The position numbers were made by a program, and so were the translations under genes. From contig CAVTTH010000006.1 of assembly GCA_963737545.1 (NCBI GenBank), positions 119,538-183,537 of the forward strand: a stretch of 64,000 nt of DNA, given 5' to 3'. A model generated the notes under the pieces. It made no database searches. It was not told where the DNA came from and was given only the letters and a program-made list of their open reading frames with translations. This document shows positions 18,597 to 29,207 of the stretch, piece by piece (position 1 is the first letter of the stretch; every line of letters begins with the position of its first letter). This DNA is from an uncultured Verrucomicrobiae bacterium (GTDB lineage Bacteria; Verrucomicrobiota; Verrucomicrobiia; Chthoniobacterales; UBA10450).

Positions 18597-20327
18597 ATGG
18601 CGATCCTAATTGACGAAACCAAACGCGTCTTGGTCCAAGGCATCACCGGCCGGGAGGGCCAGGCAAGAACGCGTCTCATGCGCGAGTACGGAACGAACGT
18701 TGTCGCCGGTGTCACGCCAGGTAAAGGCGGACAAACGGTCCTTGGTGTCCCGGTTTTCAACACGCCGCAGGAGGCGGTGGATTCGTTAGGCAACATCGAT
18801 ATCTCCGTGCTTTTTGTTCCGGCCGCCGGAGTAAAGGACGCGGCCATTTCGGCAATCAATGCGGGAATCAAACTTACGGTCCTCGTGCCCGATCGGGTGC
18901 CGGTTTGGGACGCGATGGAAATTGCGGCGGCGGCGAAAGCGAATGGCGCGATGTTTGTTGGACCGAATACGCTCGGTGTTTTGAGTCCGGGCAAGGCCGT
19001 GGTCGGCATGATCGGTGGCCGGGCGGAAAGTGCGCGCCAGTGGTTCAAGCCCGGCATTCCAACTGGCGTAGGTGTGATCAGCCGCTCGGGCGGAATGGCC
19101 TCGAGCACCGGCTATTATTTGGGACAGGCAGGCGTGCGCATTTCGACGATCGCGCACATCGGCGGTGACGCGGTTCTTGGGATTCGTATTCCCGATGCCG
19201 CGCTGATGTTCGAATCCGACCCGTTGACCGAAGCGATCGTGATCTTTGGGGAAATCGGTTCGTCCCAGGAAGAAGAATTGGCGCAACTGATTCGCGATCG
19301 AAAAGTCACCAAGCCGGTGATCGCTTACATCGGCGGAAAAGCGGCACGCGAAGGCACGCGTTTCAGTCACGCCGGCGCGATCATCGAAGGTGGGCGCGGT
19401 ACGCACGACGGCAAAGTGAAGGCGTTGCGTGACGCCGGCGCGACGGTGGTCGATGCGTTTGGCGAGTTGCCAAGTGCCGTCGTCGAAATTCTCAAACGCA
19501 TGAACGGAAAGAGTCTTATGAGCGAAACCGACAAGAACGCGGTGTGGAACACTGCGGTGACGCGCATCGAACCGAATCGCGTCGCGGTGCGCGGGTACGA
19601 TATTGCAGAGCTGATGGGCCGCGCGTCGTTTGGCGCCGCAGTCTATCTGATTTTAACGGGCGAATTGCCGTCGCCCGCGATCGGGAAATTGATGGACGGG
19701 ATTTTGGTGTCGTCGATTGATCACGGCGCGACGCCACCAAGCGCGCTGGCTGCGAGAACCGTGGCGTCAACCGGAGCGTCGCTCAGCGCATCAGTCGCCG
19801 CCGGTATCATGTCGATCAATCGTCATCATGGCGGCGCGATCGAAGATTGCGCGCGGCAATTGAGGAAAATCGCCGATCGCGCCAGGAGCAACTCGGTTTC
19901 AATGGATGAAGCGGCGACGCGGACACTCGCCGAGATGAAAGAAAAAGGCGATCGGATGCCGGGATTTGGCCATCGCTATCACACCAAGGATCCGCGCACC
20001 GCGCGCTTGTTCGAGCTGGCGCGCGAAGCTGGAGTAGATGGGACGCACATGCAGGCCGCGCGGGCGGTTGAAAAATCTTTTGCCGACGCGAAGAAGTCGC
20101 TGCCGATCAACGTGGACGGCGCGATCGGCGCCATCCTCGCCGATTTGGGAATGAATCCCGCCGCCTTCAACGGCATTTTCATGATTGCGCGCACGCCGGG
20201 ATTGGTGGCGCATGTCATCGAAGAACAGACGCGCGAGAAACCAATGCGCCGGATCGATCCAGTGAAACACGGCTACGACGGGCCTGCAGCTCGATCTGTT
20301 GGAAAAACCAGGAATGACCACCAATAA
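18597..20327 (+). CDS. ATP-citrate-lyase alpha-like subunit (SucD-like CoA-ligase domain fused to a citrate-synthase-fold domain)
   Basis: Start at the ATG at 18597 (MAILIDETKRVLVQGITGREG). It has a phosphohistidine loop SHAGAIIEG and a C-terminal GFGHRYHTKDPR citrate-synthase-type motif. Confidence 0.8.
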   Translation: MAILIDETKRVLVQGITGREGQARTRLMREYGTNVVAGVTPGKGGQTVLGVPVFNTPQEAVDSLGNIDISVLFVPAAGVKDAAISAINAGIKLTVLVPDRVPVWDAMEIAAAAKANGAMFVGPNTLGVLSPGKAVVGMIGGRAESARQWFKPGIPTGVGVISRSGGMASSTGYYLGQAGVRISTIAHIGGDAVLGIRIPDAALMFESDPLTEAIVIFGEIGSSQEEELAQLIRDRKVTKPVIAYIGGKAAREGTRFSHAGAIIEGGRGTHDGKVKALRDAGATVVDAFGELPSAVVEILKRMNGKSLMSETDKNAVWNTAVTRIEPNRVAVRGYDIAELMGRASFGAAVYLILTGELPSPAIGKLMDGILVSSIDHGATPPSALAARTVASTGASLSASVAAGIMSINRHHGGAIEDCARQLRKIADRARSNSVSMDEAATRTLAEMKEKGDRMPGFGHRYHTKDPRTARLFELAREAGVDGTHMQAARAVEKSFADAKKSLPINVDGAIGAILADLGMNPAAFNGIFMIARTPGLVAHVIEEQTREKPMRRIDPVKHGYDGPAARSVGKTRNDHQ

Positions 20328-20376
20328 ACTTTCCACTGTTCACATCCATTCGTGTTCAACGGTGGTTAGTCGACGG

Positions 20377-21048
20377 ATGATCAAAGGACTACTCTCAGTG
20401 AGTATGGCGGCTTTTTTCGCATTCACATCCTCGGACTCGGCGCCTGCCGCGGACACGCCGGAGAGCGCGGCGAATCAATACATGCACCGGGCGGACTTCG
20501 ACAAGCTGGTGTCTCGTTTCGAGGATCCCTCGCGTGCCGCATGGCAAAAGCCGGAGAAGGTTATTGCAAGCCTGGGTCCGCTCGATGGGAAGACCGTTGC
20601 CGACATCGGCGCCGGTAGCGGTTACTTCGCTTTCCCGATCGCGAAGAAGGCGGCAAAAGTAATCGCAATCGACATCGACCAGCGGTTCCTCGATTACATC
20701 GACCATAAGAAACAGACGCAGAAAATCGGCTCCAACATCGAGACCCGTTTGACCACGCCGGATTCGCCAGGCCTGAAGCCGAGCGAAGCCGAGATGGTGC
20801 TGATCGTAGATACGTATCATCACATCGAAGACAGGGTCGAGTACCTAAAGAAGCTTAAAAAGGGTATCCACCAGGGCGGTGTGCTCGTGATCATTGACTT
20901 CAAGAAAGAGAAGACACCGCCGGGACCGCCGATTGAACTCCGGCTCGCGGAAACACAAGTGAAGTCGGAACTAAAATCCGCAGGCTTCACCGTCGTCTCG
21001 GTGGACGGGGATACGTTGCCCTACCAATATATCATCAAGGCCCAATGA
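20377..21048 (+). CDS. Class I SAM-dependent methyltransferase with an N-terminal signal/anchor
   Basis: It has motif I VADIGAGSGYF and a post-I VIAIDID. The hydrophobic N-terminus is MIKGLLSVSMAAFFAF. Start uncertain. Confidence 0.75.
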   Translation: MIKGLLSVSMAAFFAFTSSDSAPAADTPESAANQYMHRADFDKLVSRFEDPSRAAWQKPEKVIASLGPLDGKTVADIGAGSGYFAFPIAKKAAKVIAIDIDQRFLDYIDHKKQTQKIGSNIETRLTTPDSPGLKPSEAEMVLIVDTYHHIEDRVEYLKKLKKGIHQGGVLVIIDFKKEKTPPGPPIELRLAETQVKSELKSAGFTVVSVDGDTLPYQYIIKAQ

Positions 21049-21165
21049 TCGACGGAGCCACTCGCCGGGAGGATCGGGCCGCGGTACAATCATTTCCTCA
21101 GATTTATTTGTTCAAGCCGATCACGGCTCAGGTTTCATCAAAATGAAATACAAGTTCAAATCGCT

Positions 21166-21774
21166 ATGACCACCACGACGACAAACCAACAACCCAGTTA
21201 CGGCGTCACCAAGATCGCGCAGCTCTTTCCCAGCCTAAAGAAGATCAAGAACAAGTCGCTGCGCGAAAAGGTCGCGGCGGTCTGGAGCGAAGCCATCACC
21301 ACGGGCTGCGGCGGGAAAGGCTGGACCTTTGCCGAGCTGCGCGCGGTCAAGTTCACCCTCCTCGCCGGCGACATCGACATGCGGTTCGTCGAGCATCTCA
21401 ATTCCTGCGCGCGGCAATGCATCGCGATCGCCGATGTGCTCAAAAAATCCTTCCGCTGCAGTATTCCCATTCAGCGTGACTATCTCATCGCCGGTTCGCT
21501 CCTGGCCGATGTGGGCAAGCCACTCGAGTTCGATAAGGACGAGGCGGGCAACGTGGTTCAGGGAAAATTCGGACAGCAAGTGCGGCACCCGTTCAGCGGC
21601 GTCGCGCTCGCCTACAAACACGGCATCCCAGGCGCAGTCATGCATATCATCGCGACCCACAGCCATGAGGGCGACAAGATGGAGCGCTCGATCGAATCGA
21701 TCATCTTCCATCACGCCGACTTCGTCGACTTCGACATTGCGAAAGTGCTTGGGAAACGCGCGGCCAAGAAATAG
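21166..21774 (+). CDS. HD-domain phosphohydrolase-like protein
   Basis: 202-aa ORF. The features are H..LNSC...LLADVGKPLEF and IIATHSHEGD, with conserved His/Asp spacing suggestive of HD. This is a moderate call. Confidence 0.6.
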   Translation: MTTTTTNQQPSYGVTKIAQLFPSLKKIKNKSLREKVAAVWSEAITTGCGGKGWTFAELRAVKFTLLAGDIDMRFVEHLNSCARQCIAIADVLKKSFRCSIPIQRDYLIAGSLLADVGKPLEFDKDEAGNVVQGKFGQQVRHPFSGVALAYKHGIPGAVMHIIATHSHEGDKMERSIESIIFHHADFVDFDIAKVLGKRAAKK

Positions 21775-21855
21775 CCATAGGTCTCACCCTTGTTGAAAAA
21801 ATGGCGGCACGCTTCGTTTGCTCGTCTTCGGGTCAATCATCGATAAGATAGGGGG

Positions 21856-23340
21856 ATGGCCGTGCGCGATCCGAATGAACCCGCAGTAAGCGTTCCGATG
21901 ATCATCGGTGGCAAACCGGTTTCAGCCCGAAGCACGTTTCCCGTGATCAATCCAGCGACCGGCCGCGCCTTTGCGGAAGTCGCAGCCGGCGACGTCTCGC
22001 ATCTGGACGCAGCCGTGGCCGCCGCGCGCGCGGCCTTTTCCGCATGGAGCACGACTGCCGACAGCGAGCGTCAGCGTCTTCTGCATGCCGTGGGCGATGC
22101 GCTGGAGAAGAATATGCCGGCGCTCATGGAATTGGTGACCAAAGAAACGGGCAAGCCGTTGAAAGGCCTCAATGATATCGGGGCGGGCATGGAGGTGGGC
22201 GGCGCGGTCGCGTGGACTCATGCGACGGCTGATCTCACGCTACCGGTTGAAGTTATCCAGGATAACGAGGAAGCGCGCATCGAGGTGCATCGCAAGCCTC
22301 TGGGCGTGGTCGGCTCCATCACGCCCTGGAACTGGCCGCTTTTGATCGCCATCTGGCACGTCATTCCCGCCTTGCGCGCAGGCAACACCGTCGTGATCAA
22401 GCCTTCCGCCCTGACTCCTGTGGCCACGGCGAAATTTGTGGAACTGGCGAACGAGATTCTGCCGCGGGGAGTTTTAAACATTGTGACCGCGACCTCGGAT
22501 TCCGGTGTTGGATCAGCCTTGGCGAAGCACCTGGGCATCGACAAGATCGTGTTCACCGGCTCGACTGCCACGGGCAGAAAGATCATGCAGGACGGGGCAC
22601 GCAACCTCAAACGTCTCACCCTGGAGCTGGGCGGGAACGACGCCGGCATTGTCCTGCCGGACGTGGATCCCAAGGCGATCGCGCCGAAATTGTTCAGCGT
22701 CACTTTTCACAACAGCGGCCAGACGTGCGCCTGTCTGAAGCGTCTTTATGTGCACGAAAGCATTTATGAGGAGCTGTGCGCTGAACTTGCCAGGATCGCG
22801 AAGAAAGCGGTGATGGGCGATGGCTTAAAACCCGGGACCGAGCTCGGGCCAGTGCAAAACAAGGCGCAACTGGACTACGTGCAGGAACTGGCGGAGGACG
22901 CCCGGACTCACGGCGGCCGTTTCCTTTCCGGCGGCCGGGTCAGGGAAGGAGAAGGCTACTTCTTCGAACCGGCGGTGGTGGCGGACGTGACCGACGGGAT
23001 TCGCCTGGTGGACGAAGAGCAGTTCGGTCCCATCCTGCCGGTGATCAAGTATTCTGATATCGAGGACGCGATTCGTCGCGCCAATGCCAGCCCGAACGGG
23101 CTCGGGGGCTCGATTTGGTCTAACGACTTGAAAAAAGCGGCCGCGCTGGCCACGCGCCTGGAGTGCGGCACCGCCTGGGTCAACGAGCACGGAGCCATTC
23201 AGCCGAACGCCCCCTTCGGTGGCGTCAAGCAGTCGGGGATCGGGGTCGAATTCGGACCATATGGGCTGGCGGAAGATACCTCGATTCAAACCCTCAAGGT
23301 GATGAAGCCCCGGCCGGATTCCGGCGGGCGTGGAACCTGA
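21856..23340 (+). CDS. NAD(P)-dependent aldehyde dehydrogenase
   Basis: 494-aa ORF with ITPWNWPL, FTGSTATGRKI, LELGGND, GQTCACLKRLYV and EEQFGP, the canonical ALDH motifs. Confidence 0.9.
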   Translation: MAVRDPNEPAVSVPMIIGGKPVSARSTFPVINPATGRAFAEVAAGDVSHLDAAVAAARAAFSAWSTTADSERQRLLHAVGDALEKNMPALMELVTKETGKPLKGLNDIGAGMEVGGAVAWTHATADLTLPVEVIQDNEEARIEVHRKPLGVVGSITPWNWPLLIAIWHVIPALRAGNTVVIKPSALTPVATAKFVELANEILPRGVLNIVTATSDSGVGSALAKHLGIDKIVFTGSTATGRKIMQDGARNLKRLTLELGGNDAGIVLPDVDPKAIAPKLFSVTFHNSGQTCACLKRLYVHESIYEELCAELARIAKKAVMGDGLKPGTELGPVQNKAQLDYVQELAEDARTHGGRFLSGGRVREGEGYFFEPAVVADVTDGIRLVDEEQFGPILPVIKYSDIEDAIRRANASPNGLGGSIWSNDLKKAAALATRLECGTAWVNEHGAIQPNAPFGGVKQSGIGVEFGPYGLAEDTSIQTLKVMKPRPDSGGRGT

Positions 23341-23394
23341 TCCGCACGCGGATGTAATCGGCTTGCGCCTGGGCTCAGGCTCGTTCCGAGGTGT

Positions 23395-24300
23395 TCAGAA
23401 TTCGACTGCAGGCCGAACGTCCACGATACCCCAGAGCATTGCGCGATCCTCGGCGGCATGGTTGGTCAGCAGCGTATCTGGGGGTTCGCGGAAGCTGCGC
23501 AGCACAACCATCGCCCCGCGCGCGGCGGCCCGTTTTACCGCGGAGAAAAGTCGCTTTTGGAAGGCCGCGCTGGCTCCATCGAGGATGTTTGAAAGCGTGA
23601 ATCCATCGAAGCTGCCGGTGGGCTCGTTCTCCAGGAAAGTGGCTGCGTCCGCCTGCACAAGACGGATGTTCTGCACTTCGGGAGGACACGGCTCGTTAGG
23701 CATTTCTCCGAGAAGCAGCGCGCGGGCGTAAGGATTGGTGCGGTTAGAGAATCGGCCAAAACCGCGCTCCATCCGCCCGCGCATGACAGCGCCGAAGTGA
23801 GGCGGCAGAAAATCGAGGAATGGAGAGGCGTAAATCGCGCGCAATGTTGGACCCGACAAGAGCAAGTCGAAGGCGGCGCGAAATCGTCGCGTATCGAGGT
23901 AACGGCGCCAAAAATCCATTTGCGCCGCCGGGTCGTCGAGGTCGAGGAACCCGCGAACCCGCGCGGGCCACCATCCGGCCAGAGGACCGAGAGCACGCGC
24001 GAAGGCCATGAAACGCTCGGCGGAGCCCGGCTGGCTGGAGCCACCCATCCGGCGATGCTCAACGTAGGCGAGTTGAATGGGATTAATATCAACCGCCACC
24101 ACTTCGTGATGAGGAGCCAGCTGCATCGCGCTGCAGCCGGCCGAGGCGATGCAGAAGACGCGCCCACCGGGCCGGAACGCGCCGAGCTCGATCGCCGCGT
24201 CCTCATACATGCGCCCAAACAACAGTTTGTGTGGCCCGCGGCGCGCGTCGAACCGGCCACGTTCCCAAGCCGTCGTGGCGATGGTCGAGGTCAAGTCCAC
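23395..24300 (-). CDS. DUF3419 (BtaA-like SAM-binding) family protein
   Basis: LLFGRMYEDAAIELGAF...VFCIASAGCSAMQL...VVAVDINPIQLAYV matches the DUF3419 pattern. Start placed at the GTG at 24300, because the longer ORF would overlap the upstream DoxX-like gene. Confidence 0.65.
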   Translation of the reverse strand: MDLTSTIATTAWERGRFDARRGPHKLLFGRMYEDAAIELGAFRPGGRVFCIASAGCSAMQLAPHHEVVAVDINPIQLAYVEHRRMGGSSQPGSAERFMAFARALGPLAGWWPARVRGFLDLDDPAAQMDFWRRYLDTRRFRAAFDLLLSGPTLRAIYASPFLDFLPPHFGAVMRGRMERGFGRFSNRTNPYARALLLGEMPNEPCPPEVQNIRLVQADAATFLENEPTGSFDGFTLSNILDGASAAFQKRLFSAVKRAAARGAMVVLRSFREPPDTLLTNHAAEDRAMLWGIVDVRPAVEF

Positions 24301-24680
24301 GCGGGAAAGCTGGCGGCGACCCAGACGAGCACGAGGAAGGCGAAGTTTTTGACTACCATTCCGGCCGGATCGTGGATGATGTGACGAGCCCAGAGCAGGC
24401 CACAGGCGTTCAGAGCAACGAGCAAAACTGTTTGCGCGACTGCGCACACCAGCGGCGCGATATTACTCAAGGCCCATAAGGCGAGACTGACCTCGACCAC
24501 GCCGAGCAACTTGAGAAAAACCGCTCCGGTGCGCGGGCCGTAACGCGGCACGGCCTCGACCACCTGCACCTGGCGAGGTTCACCGCTCAGTAGTTTGCAC
24601 CACAGGCCCTCATACAACCACACGCCCGCGACTGCGACATGGAGGAGCCAGGGCGGCGGCGGAAGAGCGAGCATCGTCAT
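24291..24680 (-). CDS. DoxX-like small membrane protein
   Basis: 129 aa with four hydrophobic segments. The GVWLYEGLWCKLL motif is typical of the DoxX-like family. Confidence 0.65.
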   Translation of the reverse strand: MTMLALPPPPWLLHVAVAGVWLYEGLWCKLLSGEPRQVQVVEAVPRYGPRTGAVFLKLLGVVEVSLALWALSNIAPLVCAVAQTVLLVALNACGLLWARHIIHDPAGMVVKNFAFLVLVWVAASFPAWT

Positions 24681-24692
24681 CTTGGCCCTGGT

Positions 24693-25238
24693 TCACCCTG
24701 CCGCCAGACTGCTGCGCATCGCTCGCAGGATGTGGCGGTGGAACAAGTGACACACCAACGCTTCGATCCGCCTCCGCAGCCATCCCGAGCGTTTCGAGCT
24801 GTGATAACGTGTCTCCAAAACGACGTCAGTGCCGCCATCCGGAAGGGGGAACAACGTGTAGCTCCCTCCGGAGAGTCTAATCCCGCCTAACGACAGATTT
24901 TGCTCCATGACTTCGAAGGTGTAGTTCCGTTCGCGCGTGACGTGAGTCCCCCGCTTGCGCAAATGGCCGCTCACGTACTGGCACGTTACTTCGTCGCCGA
25001 CCTCCGACTTGCGACCTTTGGCTCGAATCGGAACCGGAAGTAACACACGCAACAGCAAGGGAGGACGCTTCGCAATCTGCTCGTAGAACATCAATCCTTC
25101 CCACACTTTCTCGGGCGAGGTGGCGAAGTTCATCCGAGTAACGACTGTGGTCGGCGATTGCATTGCACTTGCGGCGGCGATTGGCAGATCGGTGATTTCG
25201 TTCGGGATAGCACCGACGTGATTGGTACCGGAATTCAT
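24693..25238 (-). CDS. SRPBCC (START/polyketide-cyclase-like) family protein
   Basis: 181 aa. The size and the pattern (F.TSPEKVWEGLMFYE....) fit SRPBCC. It forms a tight three-gene minus-strand unit with the DoxX-like and DUF3419 genes. Confidence 0.55.
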   Translation of the reverse strand: MNSGTNHVGAIPNEITDLPIAAASAMQSPTTVVTRMNFATSPEKVWEGLMFYEQIAKRPPLLLRVLLPVPIRAKGRKSEVGDEVTCQYVSGHLRKRGTHVTRERNYTFEVMEQNLSLGGIRLSGGSYTLFPLPDGGTDVVLETRYHSSKRSGWLRRRIEALVCHLFHRHILRAMRSSLAAG

Positions 25239-25398
25239 CGATTAGTCCCTTTCGCTCTTGCCGCATTCACACTGCTCATCAAGCGACTCCCAGCCGCATG
25301 GCGTCAATCAAATTGGGACCCGGCCACGGGTAAGATCGACCCTTTGTTGAGATGGAAATTGACATGGGCTTCACGCGATCTATTCAGAAAGAAATTCT

Positions 25399-27378
25399 AT
25401 GGGTCTTACACTGGTTGAGAAAATTGCCGCACGACATGCTGACGGTCTCGCCGCGGGAGCTGTCGTGCGCGCGGGAGATTTTGTTTCGATCCGTCCACGT
25501 CATGTCATGACGCATGACAATACCGGCGCGGTCATCCCAAAGTTCAAGCAGATCGGCGCAACGAAGATCGCGGATCCGGCGCAACCGGTCTTCGCAATCG
25601 ATCACGACATTCAAAACACGACGCCGAAGAATCTGGAGAAGTACGCGAAGATCGAAGCGTTCGCGAAAGAGCACGACATCGATTTTTATCCAGCGGGAAC
25701 CGGGATTTCGCATCAGGTCATGGTGGAGCAGGGTTACGTAGTTCCCGGCGCATTGGTGGTGGCGAGCGATTCGCATTCGAATTTATACGGCGCGGTCGCC
25801 GCGCTGGGTACACCGGTAGTGCGAACTGACGCCGCGAGTATTTGGGCGACCGGGGTGACGTGGTGGCAAGTCCCGAAGGTGGCAAAGACGGTGTTGAAAG
25901 GAAATCTCTCCGCCGGTGTTACCGGCAAAGACGTCATCATCGCCTTGTGTGGGTTGTTCAACAAAGACGAAGTGCTCAATCACGCGGTTGAATTTGTCGG
26001 CGATGGGGTGGCGAATCTCGGCATGTCTGCGCGCATGACGATCGCCAACATGACGACCGAATGGGGCGCGCTTGCGGGGGTGTTTCCGTTTGATGAAGTG
26101 ACGGTGAAGTATTTGCGCTCGCGCGTGTCCGAGTTCAGCAATCCGAACCGTCCGGGAACACGCGGCCCGAAGAGTCGCTCCGGCTACACCAATGCCGACA
26201 TCGATGCGTGGCGGAAGGATCGAAGTGAGTTGAGCGCGGACGCAGATGCGGAATATGCGATCGAACTCGAACTCGATCTCGCGACCGTCGTGCCGCACGT
26301 CTCCGGGCCTAACGAAGTAAAAACAATGGTGTCATTGCCGGAAATGCAACGAAAACATGTGCCGATTCAGAAAGCGTATTTGCTATCCTGTGTAAACGCG
26401 CGCTTCGAAGATTTGCATGACGCTGCCGAAGTGGTGCGTACCCGCGGCGGGCGCGTCGCTGAAGGCGTCGAATTTTATTTGGCGGCAGCAAGTGCGGAGA
26501 CGCAGTCGAAAGCGGAGTCCAGTGGAGATTGGCAAACTCTGGTCGGCGCCGGCGCGATCCCGTTGCCGCCCGGTTGTGGGACGTGCATCGGTCTCGGTCG
26601 CGGTCTGGTGGGTAAAGGTGAAATCGCAATCAGCGCGACGAATCGGAATTTCAAAGGACGCATGGGCGATCCCGATGCTCTCGTGTATTTGGGTTCGCCG
26701 GCGGTGGTGGCGGCGAGCGCGTTGGCCGGATTCATTTGCGCGCCGCAAAGATTTGCCGAACGCGCAGCCGGGACGGCTGTTCGTCGCGCAGAAACGAAAC
26801 CGCAGTCCGATGTCTCAGTGGAAATCATCGACGGTTTCCCGCCGAGTGTGCGCGGTCGCGTTCTGTTCATCGACAAAGACAATTTAAACACGGACGGGAT
26901 TTACGCGGGCAAACATACTTATCGCGACGATATGACGCCCGAGCAGATGGCGGCGGTGACGTTTGAAAATTACGACCCGAACTTCAACACGCTGTATCAA
27001 AAGGGCGACGTTGTTGTGGGGGGACTAAATTTTGGGACAGGCTCGAGTCGTGAGCAGGCGGCGACGGCGCTGAAATTCAAAGGCATTCCCTGCGTGATTG
27101 CGGCGAGTTTTTCGGAAACTTACAAGCGCAACGCGTTTAACAATGGCTTCGTCGTCTTCGAATGTCCCGAGCTGGTGACGCATCTGCGCAACACGCTGAC
27201 CAATCGCACCCCTACAACAGTCGCTTCCGAAATCACGATTGATTACGGCAAGTCTGTCCTAACGATCGATGGAAAATCATTCCCATTCCCGCCGCTCAGT
27301 CCCGCGGCCCAGGAATTAATCGTGGCCGGCGGCGCTGAGAATCTGGTGGCCAGCCGGCTCCGCGCGAAGGCAGGTTGA
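25399..27378 (+). CDS. Aconitase-family dehydratase with fused large and small (swivel) subunits (3-isopropylmalate dehydratase/homoaconitase-like)
   Basis: 659-aa ORF with HVMTHDNT, VASDSHSNLYGA, MTIANMTTEWGA and CGTCIG. The C-terminal LeuD-like part has GLNFGTGSSREQA. Confidence 0.85.
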   Translation: MGLTLVEKIAARHADGLAAGAVVRAGDFVSIRPRHVMTHDNTGAVIPKFKQIGATKIADPAQPVFAIDHDIQNTTPKNLEKYAKIEAFAKEHDIDFYPAGTGISHQVMVEQGYVVPGALVVASDSHSNLYGAVAALGTPVVRTDAASIWATGVTWWQVPKVAKTVLKGNLSAGVTGKDVIIALCGLFNKDEVLNHAVEFVGDGVANLGMSARMTIANMTTEWGALAGVFPFDEVTVKYLRSRVSEFSNPNRPGTRGPKSRSGYTNADIDAWRKDRSELSADADAEYAIELELDLATVVPHVSGPNEVKTMVSLPEMQRKHVPIQKAYLLSCVNARFEDLHDAAEVVRTRGGRVAEGVEFYLAAASAETQSKAESSGDWQTLVGAGAIPLPPGCGTCIGLGRGLVGKGEIAISATNRNFKGRMGDPDALVYLGSPAVVAASALAGFICAPQRFAERAAGTAVRRAETKPQSDVSVEIIDGFPPSVRGRVLFIDKDNLNTDGIYAGKHTYRDDMTPEQMAAVTFENYDPNFNTLYQKGDVVVGGLNFGTGSSREQAATALKFKGIPCVIAASFSETYKRNAFNNGFVVFECPELVTHLRNTLTNRTPTTVASEITIDYGKSVLTIDGKSFPFPPLSPAAQELIVAGGAENLVASRLRAKAG

Positions 27379-27402
27379 TTATTGTTAGCTGTAGCGGCGG
27401 TC

Positions 27403-27453
27403 TCTGACCGTCGCATTATTGAGTTCGACGTCTGGAAAAGTGCGACGGTCAGA
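27403..27453. terminator. Candidate bidirectional terminator hairpin between convergent genes
   Basis: A perfect 13-nt inverted repeat, tctgaccgtcgca (27403-27415) and tgcgacggtcaga (27441-27453), with a 25-nt loop. It overlaps the stop codon of the GHKL gene. There is no clear U-tract. Confidence 0.3.
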
Positions 27454-29185
27454 CCCGTGTCGATTCCGCTGCAGCGGCTTCAGTCTCGAAGTATGTAACC
27501 TCATCGTCTTCGATGAGATCTCGCTGTAGTCGGAAGAACTTCTCTCTGAATAGCAGCATTGGATCGGATTTTTCCTCATCCGGCTCGGCATCGTATTGTT
27601 TTTGAACCTGATGCTGAGCAACTACGATGAGCACATAGTTCGCCACCATCTCGAGAAACACCGGATCATTCTCGCTCTTTGTTCTTCGCTCCACGATCCT
27701 CGGGTGATTCGCATTAATCCAGATGATGCCCTTGGTGATCATGTCTCGATCGCTGACTGGATCATCGAACTCTCCGAATATCGGGCGATCATCCTGGGGA
27801 ACATTTGAATCGTCGGACATCAACACGCGCAAACCTTCCCGAGTTTTACGAGGCTGTATCGTCGTGGACGTCCTCGATCCGACGCGGACTGCGACGTCCT
27901 CGCCTCTTTTGTCGGGAACGAAAACAGGATTGCCTGGCTTCCGATGGCCATTTCCTTCATGGATTTTTTCCACCCACCGACCTTTTACAAAGGTTTCGGG
28001 CGGATCGTCCGGCGTGGGCCTTCGATATGTTTCGCCAAGGGCGTCCTCGTCGTCATCGTCGAAATCAGGTTTGTCGGTAGTTGAGCAACGTTTCTTTAGT
28101 TCCTTTAGTTCCCGTTTGAAGTTGAGCTCGCATCGTTTCAGAAACTTGCTCAGTTCCTTCATCTTTTCGTTCGAAGCGGTGAGCCGTCTTTCTCGCTCCT
28201 TTTTGCGTTGCTCCTCTTCAACTTCGGACACCGCCTTATAGACAGACTCCTTGAGGAATGTTTCAATCGCCTCCGTCAGATCATCGCCTTCTTCTAAGCC
28301 CTTGCGATTTTCCTTAACTGCGGAGGAATTCAACAATTTCTTCAGCGTCAACGATCCATTGAAATATTTTGAGAAGGGTCTCCCATCGTATCGTGATACT
28401 TCCAGATCAGCGACACTTGAAATGCTGTCCGTCACATCAATGAAGCTGTCTTTGTCGAGAGGTTTTTGGAAATACCTGAGCGTCAGAGACGGGACTCCTG
28501 CTTCTCCGTCGTGCAGTTCTTTTGGCGCCTGAAACCTCCAGGTTTTCAAGGCATCTCGAGGCTCGGTGTACCGAAGCGCTAGCGTTTCATCCTCCGATTT
28601 CTTGTGTAATCGCACCGAGACGTTTTGGTTCTTGAGGACGTGCCTAATGCGCGCCAATCGTTCTAAGCCAGCTACCAGTTCCATCAAATCTTGTGTCGAT
28701 TTGATGCTGTTCTCTAGTTCGACGACCGTTTGATTGGGCTTCTTGACCCGCTTGTTTCGATAGCCGCCTTTGGTGTAATCCCGCAAGATTTTCTTCCGTT
28801 TGGGATCCCACTTAAACCAGGCTTTGTTCTCACGACCGTCTTTGACCGAAGTGATCCAGCAATGCTGGAAATTCATGATGGCGTAAGCCTTGCCGCCGGT
28901 TCCAAACTGTCCGCTTACAGGTTCACCGTACCGTCTTCCGCTGGCGCTCTCGAAATAGAGGAAAAATTTGTTTTCAAAGTCTTCAAGGGACATTCCTTCG
29001 GCGAAATCACGAATGACAATCTTATCGATATGCCGTCCTCGGCGAGAATGTATTTCGACCTCAATCTTCTGGTCGCGAAACTTTTTAAGTCGACGGTACG
29101 AATCATCTGAATTTGTTATGTATTCGGCGATTCCCCGACCGTGGCTTCGACCACCTCTCCAGCGTTCAAGCTGCGCCTCCAGCAT
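27449..29185 (-). CDS. GHKL (Bergerat-fold, HATPase_c_3-like) ATPase with a ~400-aa uncharacterised C-terminal region
   Basis: It has an N-box-like GIAEYITNSDDS, a G1-like IRDFAEGMS and a G2-like SGQFGTGGKAYA within the first ~100 aa. After that come a charged, coiled-coil-like segment, an acidic DFDDDDED patch and a conserved-looking tail (IIWINANHPRIVERR). The DNA here is low-GC. Confidence 0.7.
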   Translation of the reverse strand: MLEAQLERWRGGRSHGRGIAEYITNSDDSYRRLKKFRDQKIEVEIHSRRGRHIDKIVIRDFAEGMSLEDFENKFFLYFESASGRRYGEPVSGQFGTGGKAYAIMNFQHCWITSVKDGRENKAWFKWDPKRKKILRDYTKGGYRNKRVKKPNQTVVELENSIKSTQDLMELVAGLERLARIRHVLKNQNVSVRLHKKSEDETLALRYTEPRDALKTWRFQAPKELHDGEAGVPSLTLRYFQKPLDKDSFIDVTDSISSVADLEVSRYDGRPFSKYFNGSLTLKKLLNSSAVKENRKGLEEGDDLTEAIETFLKESVYKAVSEVEEEQRKKERERRLTASNEKMKELSKFLKRCELNFKRELKELKKRCSTTDKPDFDDDDEDALGETYRRPTPDDPPETFVKGRWVEKIHEGNGHRKPGNPVFVPDKRGEDVAVRVGSRTSTTIQPRKTREGLRVLMSDDSNVPQDDRPIFGEFDDPVSDRDMITKGIIWINANHPRIVERRTKSENDPVFLEMVANYVLIVVAQHQVQKQYDAEPDEEKSDPMLLFREKFFRLQRDLIEDDEVTYFETEAAAAESTRV

Positions 29186-29207
29186 GTTGCCGACATTGAT
29201 TGTAACC